A stretch of 64,000 nt of DNA from Candidatus Omnitrophota bacterium (GTDB lineage Bacteria > Omnitrophota > Gorgyraeia > Zapsychrales > Fredricksoniimonadaceae). Shown here piece after piece: positions 55,660 to 64,000 of this stretch. Where the stretch lies: the NCBI GenBank assembly GCA_028865345.1, contig JAGWKL010000008.1, forward strand, positions 9,291 to 73,290. Reading direction: 5' to 3'. The notes beneath the pieces are model-generated. The model saw only the letters and a program-made list of their open reading frames with translations. It was not told the origin of the DNA and ran no database searches. Both the position numbers and the translations under genes were made by a program. Positions within the stretch are counted from its first letter, which is position 1. Each line of letters starts with the position of its first letter.

Positions 55660-58600
55660 ATGTTTTTAAAGTTACGCAGGATCGTTTCTATTGTTATTAT
55701 ATCGGCTTTTATGACCACCTCGGTCAGGACGCCGGCCTGGGCGCAGTCCTCTGTAGGCCTGCTGCCCAATCTGCCGCCTCCGGGGGCGATGGTAAATTTA
55801 AGCCCCGATTTTACGCCTGCCCATCTGATGGGCATTACCATCCATCCCGATAACCCCTTAAAGTTTGATTTCTTGATCGATAATGGCGACCAGGAAATGG
55901 ACAGCGTCCAAAAGCGGGAGGAATATCAAAAACTGGTAAAGTATTTTTTGGCCTCCCTGACCATCCCCGATGGCCACCAGTGGGTGAACCTTTCGCCTTA
56001 TGAAAAGGGACGCATCATCCAGAATGATTTCGGCAAAACACAGATGGGCCGGGATTTGCTGGAGCAGGATTACATCCTCAAGCAGATCACCTCAAGTTTG
56101 ATCTATCCTGAAAGCCGTTTGGGCAAGGAATTCTGGGACAAGGTCTATCAACGCGCCTGGAATGAATACCACACGACCGACATCCCGGTCAATACCTTTA
56201 ACAAAGTATGGATCGTGCCTGACCAGGCCGTAGTTTACGAAAGCGGCGACAGCGCCTATATCCTCCAGAGCCATTTAAAGGTGATGCTGGAAGAAGACTA
56301 CCTCTCCCTGAAAGAACATACGGCCATTTCCTCTTCCGATGTCAATGCCGTTGCCAATGACACCCATGCCATCGGTTCCCAGGTGATCCGCGAGATCGTC
56401 CTTCCTGAACTTCAAAAAGAGGTCAATGAAGACAAGAATTTTGAAAGCCTGCGCCAGATGTACAGCGGGATGGTCCTGGCGACCTGGTATAAAATGGCAT
56501 TGAAGAAATCTCTCTTGGGGATGATTTACGCGGACAAGGCCAAGGTCAAGGGCGTTGACCAGGACCCCAGGACCAACCAATTAATATACAACCAGTATTT
56601 GCGCGCGTTTAAAAAGGGCGTGTTCAACTATATTAAGGAAGATGTGGACAAATTCACAAATGAGGAGATCCCCAGGAAATATTTTGCGGGCGGGTTTCAG
56701 CCCCTGGAGGGGGCTGATGAAATAAGAGATATAGGCCAGGCGCAACAGGCGGTTCAGGAGAGTAGAAGCAACCCGCTGCCCCGGGAGTTTGTCGTCAAAG
56801 CCAATCAGGGAGAGAATGTGGCGAATGTGGCGCCAACCATCAACACTCTTCTTGGAGGCCGGCCCATTTCTGTTGACTGGCAGAAGCCGGAGAATTTCAA
56901 TGTTGCCGTTGTTGATTTAAGCCAGGCAAACCAGAACCCCGGTGGAGTTTCCGGCAACGCCACGACTGTCGCGCAGAGTGAAGCGCAAAAATTTGTAAAC
57001 TTTATGCAGGAGAGGGAACTCCCGGTGCCGGCCAATCTGCCTGCAGACCAACTGGCCAGGGCCAAGCAGGGGGAAAAGAATTGGCAAATCAGCAATGCCA
57101 TGCGCCAGCAGCTGCAGCAATGGTACAAGGGCAATGATCAGTATGATCCCATGGTGGATTCCATTTTTAAGCATTTGGATTATGAATACGATCAGGCAAC
57201 GGACAATTTTAAGGTTGTCTATTCCAATCCGGCGATGACGTCCAACGGAGAAATAACTGACGCGACTTTTTCCAGAATTTCCCGCCGGTTGAACCAAAAC
57301 CCTGCTATCAGCCGGTTATTGGAGAATCCCATTACCCGGGATTTCTATGATAAGACACTTAATTCCAATTTGACCAATCCCGGGAAATTGCAGCGTATCC
57401 GTCAACGGTTGGATGATTTAAGGCCGGGTTTGGGGCAAACGGTGGATTCCATCGTTGCAGAGGTCCAGGCGGATCAAAGTGCGAACAGGGCGATGACCAC
57501 GGTCCTGGTCATTGATGATGATCCCGTGATGCTGGATATCAATAAAGCGGTATTGTCCCGTGCCGGTTATAATGTTTTAACCGCCCAGACCGAGCAGGAA
57601 GCTGAAACATCTTGGCAGGAGAATAAAGATAATATAGGCCTTATCCTTAGCGACACCCATAACACAGGGCAAAAGGATTGGCCTGATTTGGTGAAAGGAT
57701 TCGTGGCGCAGAAAAATGTCCCTGTTCTTGCCACCAGCGGGTTGGCAACCCAGCAAGCCTGGCAGGGGATCACCGATCATTTTCTTCCCAAGCCGTATTC
57801 CATTCATGTTTTAACCTCTGCAGTTCAGGGAATTTTGTCCGCCAATCAGCCTGCAGTTGATCAGGCCATGGCGTCAAATACCGGGAGTTGGTTGAAGGAG
57901 AAGATCTTGCCGCTGGTAGGAGCGGTTGCGGTAGGGGGCGTCGTTGCGGGGGCAATAAGCATGCCTTCCTATTTACATCAGCGGGAATTAAACAAGATCT
58001 CTTTGGTCCAACCCGGACAGATTGCGTCTATAAACAACCAGGCGGCAAGGGTCGTGGTCAATACCGGCGGAGTGGGTGTCGTCATTACCCAGCCGGGCAG
58101 GCCGATCAGGATCATCAGTGTCAATCCCAACAATGTTGCCGACGTTGCTCAGCAATTGTTGCAGGAATATCCGGCCGGCATCAATAATGCCGTTATCCAT
58201 GTTTTTGCCGATGGTGACGGTGAACGGGGAGCGGGCAATGCATTGTCGATGGCTTTGTTGGGTAAAGAGAATATCTCTGATCATCACATTTATCTTGAAC
58301 ATGCGGCGCCGTTTAATTTGGTGGCTCATCCCCTGGGCAGCGGAAGCGATTTTGTAAGGATTGAAAATGGGGACGGGATGGAGCATCATTATGTGGAGAC
58401 AAAGGGTGTTTTAATTCAGTTGCCCAAGAACAATCCCAACCCGGCCATGGCCTCCAACAGCAAAATAAATCGGATCAGAGAAAGGCTTGTGACGGCAGCC
58501 ACGCTGGCCGGCATCTCAGCGGCCGCGCTGTTTCTTGCTCCCGGGGCCGCAAAGAATGTCCAGATAGCCATCAAGGAACATAGAATTCCTTTGAAAAGCG

Positions 58601-59340
58601 GGATCCAAACCGGAGAGGGTGCGTATACGGTCAATGAAAATGAGGCGGCGGTCGCTTTTTCAGTTGAAGGTCAGCCCAATTTTGCTTATGCAGGCGTTGT
58701 AGGGACAAACGATTCTCAAGAAATACAGAACCTTACTAAAATAAAAACGGATTTACGGCAAAAATACCCCCACACCCAAATTTACATGGATTATTGGACC
58801 TATGGGCGGATGACTGAAGACGGAAGGTATATGCAGGATCACGCGGGCAATATCATAAGCAGCATACCGGCGGCCCCCGGCTTTGAGGTCCGGGTCCATC
58901 ATCTTCCCTTTGAACCGACGGAGCCCAGCGCTCCTCTTCCCTATGGATTTTACGTCAAGGGGCCGATCATTCATGTGGATACCCAAACCTTGGGCACCAC
59001 CGGCGGCTATTGGTATGCCAATAACACCGGGAACGGTTTGACGCATGCCCCGGCAGGTTATACGGATAATGCCATGGCGATCCGGCAACAAACGAACAGC
59101 GAGTCAGCGTTAATCGCCGAATCCCTGACTAAAAAAGGTGGTATCGACTTAAACGCCGCCAACCTGAATTTATTCATCAAACGCGACGGCAGCGGCGTGC
59201 CGCTGCCCTGGGCCCAGCAGGACATCTCCCTGTTTAAGAACATCCAGGGTTTTGTTCCCCAAATCGTCGAGATCCGGCCTGCCGTCGACATTTCCGTCAT
59301 CAACGAACTGCAACAGAAGCTGCAATCTTTCCAGAATTAA
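55660..59340 (+). CDS. Giant secreted/membrane protein B (about 1226 aa). Paralog of protein A, with an internal CheY-like receiver domain and two hydrophobic segments.
   Basis: Signal peptide MFLKLRRIVSIVIISAFMTTSVRTPAWA. About 330-aa N-domain colinear with protein A. Receiver-like segment at about 57495-57840 (TVLVIDDDP...GLILSD...LATSG...LPKPYS). Hydrophobic helices at about 57904-57966 and about 58500-58560. C-terminal GGIDL...KRDGSGV module. The ORF is open back to an ATG at 55627. Confidence 0.7.
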   Translation: MFLKLRRIVSIVIISAFMTTSVRTPAWAQSSVGLLPNLPPPGAMVNLSPDFTPAHLMGITIHPDNPLKFDFLIDNGDQEMDSVQKREEYQKLVKYFLASLTIPDGHQWVNLSPYEKGRIIQNDFGKTQMGRDLLEQDYILKQITSSLIYPESRLGKEFWDKVYQRAWNEYHTTDIPVNTFNKVWIVPDQAVVYESGDSAYILQSHLKVMLEEDYLSLKEHTAISSSDVNAVANDTHAIGSQVIREIVLPELQKEVNEDKNFESLRQMYSGMVLATWYKMALKKSLLGMIYADKAKVKGVDQDPRTNQLIYNQYLRAFKKGVFNYIKEDVDKFTNEEIPRKYFAGGFQPLEGADEIRDIGQAQQAVQESRSNPLPREFVVKANQGENVANVAPTINTLLGGRPISVDWQKPENFNVAVVDLSQANQNPGGVSGNATTVAQSEAQKFVNFMQERELPVPANLPADQLARAKQGEKNWQISNAMRQQLQQWYKGNDQYDPMVDSIFKHLDYEYDQATDNFKVVYSNPAMTSNGEITDATFSRISRRLNQNPAISRLLENPITRDFYDKTLNSNLTNPGKLQRIRQRLDDLRPGLGQTVDSIVAEVQADQSANRAMTTVLVIDDDPVMLDINKAVLSRAGYNVLTAQTEQEAETSWQENKDNIGLILSDTHNTGQKDWPDLVKGFVAQKNVPVLATSGLATQQAWQGITDHFLPKPYSIHVLTSAVQGILSANQPAVDQAMASNTGSWLKEKILPLVGAVAVGGVVAGAISMPSYLHQRELNKISLVQPGQIASINNQAARVVVNTGGVGVVITQPGRPIRIISVNPNNVADVAQQLLQEYPAGINNAVIHVFADGDGERGAGNALSMALLGKENISDHHIYLEHAAPFNLVAHPLGSGSDFVRIENGDGMEHHYVETKGVLIQLPKNNPNPAMASNSKINRIRERLVTAATLAGISAAALFLAPGAAKNVQIAIKEHRIPLKSGIQTGEGAYTVNENEAAVAFSVEGQPNFAYAGVVGTNDSQEIQNLTKIKTDLRQKYPHTQIYMDYWTYGRMTEDGRYMQDHAGNIISSIPAAPGFEVRVHHLPFEPTEPSAPLPYGFYVKGPIIHVDTQTLGTTGGYWYANNTGNGLTHAPAGYTDNAMAIRQQTNSESALIAESLTKKGGIDLNAANLNLFIKRDGSGVPLPWAQQDISLFKNIQGFVPQIVEIRPAVDISVINELQQKLQSFQN

Positions 59341-59378
59341 AATTCTCATCTTTTTTTGTTTTTGTGTTATATTCAAAT

Positions 59379-59630
59379 ATGCCGACTATTTTGGAAATTT
59401 TAGGATGGAGATTGTTTTTTTATTCCAACGAAAATGACGAGCCAATTCATATCCATGCTCGAAAAGCGAGTATGGAATGTAAATATTGGATTGATATTAA
59501 AGGGTTTGACATCAGTGAGGCGTATTCTTTTGGTTTAAAGGAGAAGGAAAAAAGGCAGATTCGTCGTATCATTTTTGATCATTTTGATTATATTGTAGAA
59601 CAGTGGAGTGAATTTGAGAGGAGAAAATAA
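59379..59630 (+). CDS. DUF4160 protein (first half of a DUF4160/DUF2442 pair).
   Basis: MPTILEILGWRLFFYSNENDEPIHIHARKASMECKYWID matches the DUF4160 core (MP.I...G..I..Y..DH.PPHFHA). The track start at 59364 is also possible. Confidence 0.65.
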   Translation: MPTILEILGWRLFFYSNENDEPIHIHARKASMECKYWIDIKGFDISEAYSFGLKEKEKRQIRRIIFDHFDYIVEQWSEFERRK

Positions 59631-59891
59631 ATGAAAGCAATCCATAAGATCCAAAAGATAGATTTCTCAGGTTCCCAAATGAGGTTGAAAGTGGACGGCA
59701 AGGAAGTTAAAGTTAATTTAACTAAAACGTCTTCAAGGCTGCTTAAAGCTTCCAAAAAGGAACGGGAAACGTATCAGATTTCACCTTCAGGTTATGGTAT
59801 TCATTGGCCATTGATTGACGAAGACCTTTCGGTCGATTCTCTCTTAGGGAGTAAGCGTTCTTTTGACCACCCAATGACCCGCCTACGGTGA
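59631..59891 (+). CDS. DUF2442 protein (second half of the pair).
   Basis: C-terminal GYGIHWPLIDEDLSVDSLL matches the DUF2442 conserved end. Its start abuts the DUF4160 stop. Confidence 0.65.
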   Translation: MKAIHKIQKIDFSGSQMRLKVDGKEVKVNLTKTSSRLLKASKKERETYQISPSGYGIHWPLIDEDLSVDSLLGSKRSFDHPMTRLR

Positions 59892-60020
59892 GAAGGCCGT
59901 TATGAGATTAGCGCCCCTTGACCGGGACGATTTTTATTGGGGATTCATAAGGTGCTGGACAATCCTGTAGATAATCCATAATCCTGTTGTTGAGGAGTCA
60001 TTTTGTGGTAAACTTATACC

Positions 60021-60203
60021 ATGAAGCTTAAAATTCTTCTGCTTTTGGTCCTTGGAATTTCCGCTGCGACGGTTTGTTTGGCCCAGTCAAGAGACCCTTC
60101 CATGGGAAGCGAGTCTTCATCCGTTGGTGTCTGGCCCTCTGTGGACAGCCCGGACAGCATTTCACCCGGGTACGATTCTTCAGACCACGGCAACGTTTCA
60201 TAA
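60021..60203 (+). CDS. Small secreted Ser/Asp-rich peptide (hypothetical).
   Basis: Signal peptide MKLKILLLLVLGISAATVCLA followed by a low-complexity S/D/G-rich 39-aa mature part. Nothing beyond the ORF supports it. Confidence 0.3.
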   Translation: MKLKILLLLVLGISAATVCLAQSRDPSMGSESSSVGVWPSVDSPDSISPGYDSSDHGNVS

Positions 60204-60275
60204 TTCCGCAATAACTCCAAAATAACCTTGAATTGCCTTTGAATGGGGTATAAGGGTGGTAAAATATTACCATCG

Positions 60276-60311
60276 CCAACAATGACGTTGGCCAACCAAC
60301 AATGAGGTTGG
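60276..60311. promoter_or_regulatory. Two tandem 16-bp palindromes CCAACAATGA(C/G)GTTGG spaced 20 bp centre to centre; candidate dimer-of-dimers operator.
   Basis: 60276-60291 CCAACAATGACGTTGG and 60296-60311 CCAACAATGAGGTTGG, each with CCAAC/GTTGG arms. They sit 24 nt upstream of the METLHS start and its GAAGGAGGG SD. Confidence 0.45.
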
Positions 60312-60334
60312 TAACCCAACGAAGGAGGGTCAAA

Positions 60335-61012
60335 ATGGAGACGTTGCATTCAATGCTGGTACCGCCCGCAAAGATGGTTCTCGCCCAGGTTGGTTTGTTT
60401 GTCTGCAGTGTGCTTTTGGCTTTTATAATCTTCATTCTCGGGTTGATTATTTCCGAATTCGTCATCAAGAGGGGAATAACCCAATTATTGAAGGTCCTTA
60501 AGCTGGATGATCTTTCCAAGCGTTATGAATTGGAGGCCATCCTTTCCAAAGGCGGCATTAAGCAGAGCTTGTCGGAATTGATAGGCGGTATCTGCTATTG
60601 GCTGGCTTTGTTGATAACCTTCGTGGTTGCCCTGGATGCCGTGGGTTTGACCACCGCTGCTGATTTGATGCAGAAGGTGGTGCTTTTTATACCGAACATC
60701 ATTGTTGCGGTGTTCATTCTGGTCGTAGGGATGTTCATTGCCGTTCTGGTCAGGAACATCATCAGGGTTGCTGCCAGCAACGCGGGGATCGCCCAGGCCA
60801 ATTTGATCAGCAATATATGCCAGGTCGTGATCCTGGTGTTTACCGCAGCCATTGCGCTGGAACAGTTGCAGATCGGCGGCAGGATCATTGATTTGACGAT
60901 CGGCATCATCCTGGGGTCTTTCGGCCTTGGATTTGCGCTGGCCTTTGGTCTGGGGTGCAAAGACATTGTCGGTAAATCAGTGGCGGATTTTCTGGCCCAG
61001 CTGAAGAAATAA
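60335..61012 (+). CDS. Membrane protein with repeated conserved-TM-helix units (MscS N-terminal-like TM_helix repeats).
   Basis: Repeated hydrophobic units (LSELIGGICYWLALLITFVVALDAVG; IVAVFILVVGMFIAVLVRNIIR; ICQVVILVFTAAIALEQLQIG; IGIILGSFGLGFALAFGLG). Strong SD before ATG 60335. Confidence 0.5.
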   Translation: METLHSMLVPPAKMVLAQVGLFVCSVLLAFIIFILGLIISEFVIKRGITQLLKVLKLDDLSKRYELEAILSKGGIKQSLSELIGGICYWLALLITFVVALDAVGLTTAADLMQKVVLFIPNIIVAVFILVVGMFIAVLVRNIIRVAASNAGIAQANLISNICQVVILVFTAAIALEQLQIGGRIIDLTIGIILGSFGLGFALAFGLGCKDIVGKSVADFLAQLKK

Positions 61013-61014
61013 TC

Positions 61015-61050
61015 AAAAAAGGGGCGCTTAATCAAGGGCCCCTTTTTATT
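61015..61050 (+). terminator. Rho-independent terminator.
   Basis: AAAAAAGGGGC...GCCCCTTTTTATTTT: GC stem followed by a T-tract, directly after the stop codon. Confidence 0.65.
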
Positions 61051-61121
61051 TTAAATCTCCTCCAACTTCAAATTGACAAACCATAATGGTTGTGTTATGG
61101 TTGTTATGAAAGGAGCGAGAT

Positions 61122-61361
61122 ATGTCAAGTATTACTATAAAAAATATACCAACCAGACTTCACGAAACGCTAAAGCGCAGGGCTGCTATGACTCATCGAA
61201 GCTTAAACAATGAGATTATAGCGAGCCTGGAGGTGGCGGCAGGCCTTGCCCCCATGGACACAAATCAGATGGCCCTTGATGCTACGCTGATGCACAAAGC
61301 ATTTAGAGGAGAAGCTGATCCGGGGGATATCGATCGTTTTAAAAAAGAAGGCAGGGAATGA
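61122..61361 (+). CDS. vapB: Arc/MetJ-type RHH antitoxin (FitA/StbC/VapB-like).
   Basis: MSSITIKNIPTRLHETLKRRAAMTHRSLNNEIIASL. 4-nt overlap with the PIN gene. Confidence 0.7.
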   Translation: MSSITIKNIPTRLHETLKRRAAMTHRSLNNEIIASLEVAAGLAPMDTNQMALDATLMHKAFRGEADPGDIDRFKKEGRE

Positions 61362-61759
61362 TTGTCGCCGACGCAAATCTGGTCGCCTATTATTATCTGC
61401 CGGGGTCTTTTCAAGCATTGGCTCAAAGAATTATTCAAAAGGATCCTGTTTGGCTTGTTCCGCCGATCATGGTGTCTGAATTTCGCAATATTCTTCTTGG
61501 TTTCGTCAGGGCCAAGCAGCTTCATAAAAAAGACGCTATCGAACTTGCTGTAAGAGTGGAACTTGTTTTTGCTCAAAGGACAAAGGGGATCTCATCGGCC
61601 CAAGTAATGGACTTGGCCGGTGACTCCGGATGCTCTGCCTATGACGCAGAATATGTTGCTTTGGCGCAGATGATGGGTGTAGAGTTAGTCACTAATGATA
61701 AGCCGCTATTAAACCGTTTTCCCAAAATTGCAGTGTCGTTGGAGAATTTTTTAAAGTAA
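61358..61759 (+). CDS. vapC: PIN-domain toxin VapC (second copy).
   Basis: MIVADANLVAYYY...VSEFRNIL...DAEYVALAQMMGVELVTNDK, including the conserved acidic residues of the PIN fold. Confidence 0.8.
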   Translation: MIVADANLVAYYYLPGSFQALAQRIIQKDPVWLVPPIMVSEFRNILLGFVRAKQLHKKDAIELAVRVELVFAQRTKGISSAQVMDLAGDSGCSAYDAEYVALAQMMGVELVTNDKPLLNRFPKIAVSLENFLK

Positions 61760-61819
61760 GATACCTCAAAAATTGCTTTTCTCAATTCTGTTTCCTGAAC
61801 GGTTTATCTTCACTTTCTT

Positions 61820-63442
61820 ATGCTTGTATTTCAAGGGATACGCCCTATAAAAAGATCGCAAATTCCTTCCGAGGTGATTGCCGGCCTTACCTTGGCAGGT
61901 TTGGCCATTCCGGAAGTGATGGGGTATACCCGTATCGCGGGCACTCCGGTGATCACCGGTTTATACACCATGCTTATCCCCATGTTGTTATTTGCCTTGT
62001 TCGGTTCTTCAAGGCATTTAGTGGTTGGGGCCGATTCAGCCACTGCCGCCATCCTCGCAGGCGCCCTTGCGGGCATCGTCCCTAAGGCGTCCCACGAATA
62101 TGTCGCGCTTGCCGGGGTATTGGCGTTGATGTCCGCTGTTTTTTTGCTGTCGGCGCGCATGGTCGGATTGGGATTTATGGCGGACTTTCTGTCAAGGACC
62201 GTGCTGATCGGATTTTTGACAGGGGTGGGTGTTCAAGTGGCCTTTTCCCAGCTTTCGGGTATGCTTGGCATAGGGAGCCTGCAGCAGGTTGCTACAACAA
62301 ATCCTTATGATCTGGCCTTATCATGCGCCGTTATCGGGGCCATTACGGCAACAAAGAAATTCTCCCGCCAAATTCCAGGCGCGCTCATCGCTGTGGCAGG
62401 GGCCATTATCATCAGCCATGTTTTTGATCTCAAAGCTCATGGCGTGGAGATGATAGGCAGCGTCCCGCAAGGCCTGCCCGCCATCGGTTTGCCGGACGTC
62501 CATTGGTCTTTTGGGCTCCTGGAAAAATTGCTTCCCGCGGCTTTTTCGATGTTTGTCGTCATTTTAGCCCAGAGCGCCGCCACCTCAAGGGCCTATGCGG
62601 CGCGCTACAATGAATCTTTCAGCGAGAATGTTGATCTGATCGGCCTGGGCCTTGCCAATATCGGCGCGGCGTTGTCCGGGACCTTTGTTGTCAACGGGAG
62701 TCCCACCAAGACCCAGATGGTCGACAGCGCCGGCGGCCGCAGCCAGCTTTCCCAAATCGTCACATGCGCGGTTGTTTTTTTGGTTTTACTCTTCTTTACA
62801 GGCCTGCTGGCTGAACTTCCCGGAGCCGTGCTGTCCGCCGTTGTTTTCCTCATCGGGGTGGAATTGGTCGATGTCCGCGGAATGCGAAAGATTTTTGAGC
62901 AGCGCCCGCCAGAATTCTGGGTGGCTCTGGCCACGGCCGTTGCCGTTGTCCTGATCGGAGTCGAACAGGGGATAGTCCTGGCTGTGGTACTTTCCTTGAT
63001 AGAGCACGTCCGCCGCAGTTATAACTCCCGCAATGTGGTATTGGCCATGGATAAAAAGACCGGCGCCTGGATGCCCTTGCCGGTGACGGCGCCCCAGCAA
63101 GCCGAACCGGGCCTTTTGTTATACCGGTTTGCGCATACGATGTACTATGCCAATGCCCAACAGCTCTTCGACCAGATCGTTGCTTTGACCGAACAATCCG
63201 GCCCGCCGCTCTCATGGTTTTGCATCGATGCTTCAGCCGTTGCCGATGTGGATTTTTCCTCAGCGGAGACCCTGCGCGCAATTTACGATATTCTGAATAA
63301 AAAAGGCATTAGGCTTGTTTGGGCGAATGTCATAGATTCTGTTAAGCTTGAGCTTGACAGGTATGAGCTCACCGGGCTTTTCGGCCCGGAGGCTTTTTAT
63401 AAGAATATCAAGGATGTCCTGAAGGCCTATTTGAATAAATAA
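61820..63442 (+). CDS. SulP-family sulfate/anion permease with C-terminal STAS domain.
   Basis: SulP N-terminal motif (AGLTLAGLAIPEVMGYTRIAG), multi-TM core, C-terminal STAS (FCIDASAVADVDFSSAETL). Confidence 0.9.
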   Translation: MLVFQGIRPIKRSQIPSEVIAGLTLAGLAIPEVMGYTRIAGTPVITGLYTMLIPMLLFALFGSSRHLVVGADSATAAILAGALAGIVPKASHEYVALAGVLALMSAVFLLSARMVGLGFMADFLSRTVLIGFLTGVGVQVAFSQLSGMLGIGSLQQVATTNPYDLALSCAVIGAITATKKFSRQIPGALIAVAGAIIISHVFDLKAHGVEMIGSVPQGLPAIGLPDVHWSFGLLEKLLPAAFSMFVVILAQSAATSRAYAARYNESFSENVDLIGLGLANIGAALSGTFVVNGSPTKTQMVDSAGGRSQLSQIVTCAVVFLVLLFFTGLLAELPGAVLSAVVFLIGVELVDVRGMRKIFEQRPPEFWVALATAVAVVLIGVEQGIVLAVVLSLIEHVRRSYNSRNVVLAMDKKTGAWMPLPVTAPQQAEPGLLLYRFAHTMYYANAQQLFDQIVALTEQSGPPLSWFCIDASAVADVDFSSAETLRAIYDILNKKGIRLVWANVIDSVKLELDRYELTGLFGPEAFYKNIKDVLKAYLNK

Positions 63443-63479
63443 TCTTGCAGGAATTCCGCAAACGCAGTATGGTATTTCC

Positions 63480-64000
63480 ATGCCAGCTCCTCAATTTACT
63501 CTCGTCATAGGAAATAAGAACTATTCTTCATGGTCGCTGAGGCCGTGGCTCCTTTTAAAGCAGGCCGGGATACCTTTTGAAGAAGTTTTGATCCCCCTGT
63601 ATGAAGGCGATTATAAAGCTAAAATCCTCAAATACTCCCATCATGGCAAGGTCCCTGTGTTGATCCATGGCTCTGTGACGGTCTGGGAGACGCTTGCCAT
63701 CGCAGAATATGTGGCTGATTTGTTTGCACAGAAGCAATTATGGCCTCAAAATCCTGAAGACCGCGCCCTGGCGCGCAGCATCAGTGCGGAAATGCACAGC
63801 GGATTCGCCTCATTGCGCACCCACATGCCCATGAATTTAAGGGCTTCGCATCCGGGAAAGGGCAGGACGCCGGAGGTGGAAAAAGACATTGCCCGTATTG
63901 TTGAGATATGGGAAGGCTGCCGGAGCAAATTTCAGGCCCAAGGGCCTTTTTTGTTCGGCCAATTTACCGTCGCTGATGCCATGTATGCTCCCGTTGTCAC
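63480..64000 (+). CDS. Glutathione S-transferase-family protein, 5' part; the gene continues beyond the window.
   Basis: ATG 63480, open to the window end. Thioredoxin-like GST N-domain (YSSWSLRPWLLLKQAGIPFEEV...HHGKVPVL...VWETLAIAEYV). Absent from the ORF track because it is unterminated. Confidence 0.65.
   Translation, partial: MPAPQFTLVIGNKNYSSWSLRPWLLLKQAGIPFEEVLIPLYEGDYKAKILKYSHHGKVPVLIHGSVTVWETLAIAEYVADLFAQKQLWPQNPEDRALARSISAEMHSGFASLRTHMPMNLRASHPGKGRTPEVEKDIARIVEIWEGCRSKFQAQGPFLFGQFTVADAMYAPVV

Noticed and set aside
1-64000. Search for tRNA, tmRNA, rRNA and CRISPR arrays, and for IS elements, transposases, integrases and phage genes.
   Set aside because: No intergenic region exceeds about 320 bp, and none shows tRNA-like T-arm/acceptor features or regularly spaced direct repeats. 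No translated ORF resembles a transposase, recombinase or phage structural protein. The window appears to be non-mobile core chromosome.

Overview
This 64 kb window is a gene-dense bacterial chromosomal segment. GC content is roughly 50-55%. Almost all genes are on the + strand; the exceptions are a convergent pntAA-pntAB-pntB transhydrogenase operon (2.4-5.2 kb) and a sulfite reductase gene (26.1-27.9 kb). I found no rRNA, tRNA, CRISPR array, IS element or integrase.

Recognisable content, in order:
- periplasmic cyclophilin, XdhC-like, PNPOx-like and PilZ genes
- ExbB/ExbD and an FprA-like ferredoxin reductase
- CspA with a clean terminator, QueH, a NUDIX hydrolase, a class-V aminotransferase, and a PhoB/PhoR-like two-component pair
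- NadK, CbiX and MutY
- a complete assimilatory sulfur block: DUF2061, Rrf2/CymR-like, cysK, cysH, cysD, cysN fused to a degenerate cysC, with sulfite reductase convergent
- an AmrS-type radical SAM enzyme, XthA, a NiCoT nickel permease and an ADP-forming acetyl-CoA synthetase
- a full NAD-linked bidirectional [NiFe] hydrogenase locus (hoxEFUYH-hoxW-hypAFCDE, no hypB)
- PncA-like, acs, cobB, PEBP and sdhCAB
- hemN, hemE, a SulP permease and a partial GST
- four toxin-antitoxin-like pairs within about 17 kb (BrnTA, two VapBC, DUF4160/DUF2442)

The most unusual content is a pair of very large paralogous Sec-secreted proteins (about 1150-1230 aa; 8.3-11.8 kb and 55.7-59.3 kb) that I cannot assign to any family. 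They share a roughly 330-aa N-terminal domain, a reiterated short [DN]-x-A-M-[TA] motif and a conserved C-terminal GGIDL...DG-x-GV module. The second paralog also carries an apparently complete CheY-like receiver domain in what should be an extracytoplasmic location. The first paralog is preceded by an odd leader: G4/C4 palindromes, a 30-codon ORF with a perfect SD, and an intrinsic terminator.

All assignments are from reading the translations and the DNA. No database search was run.
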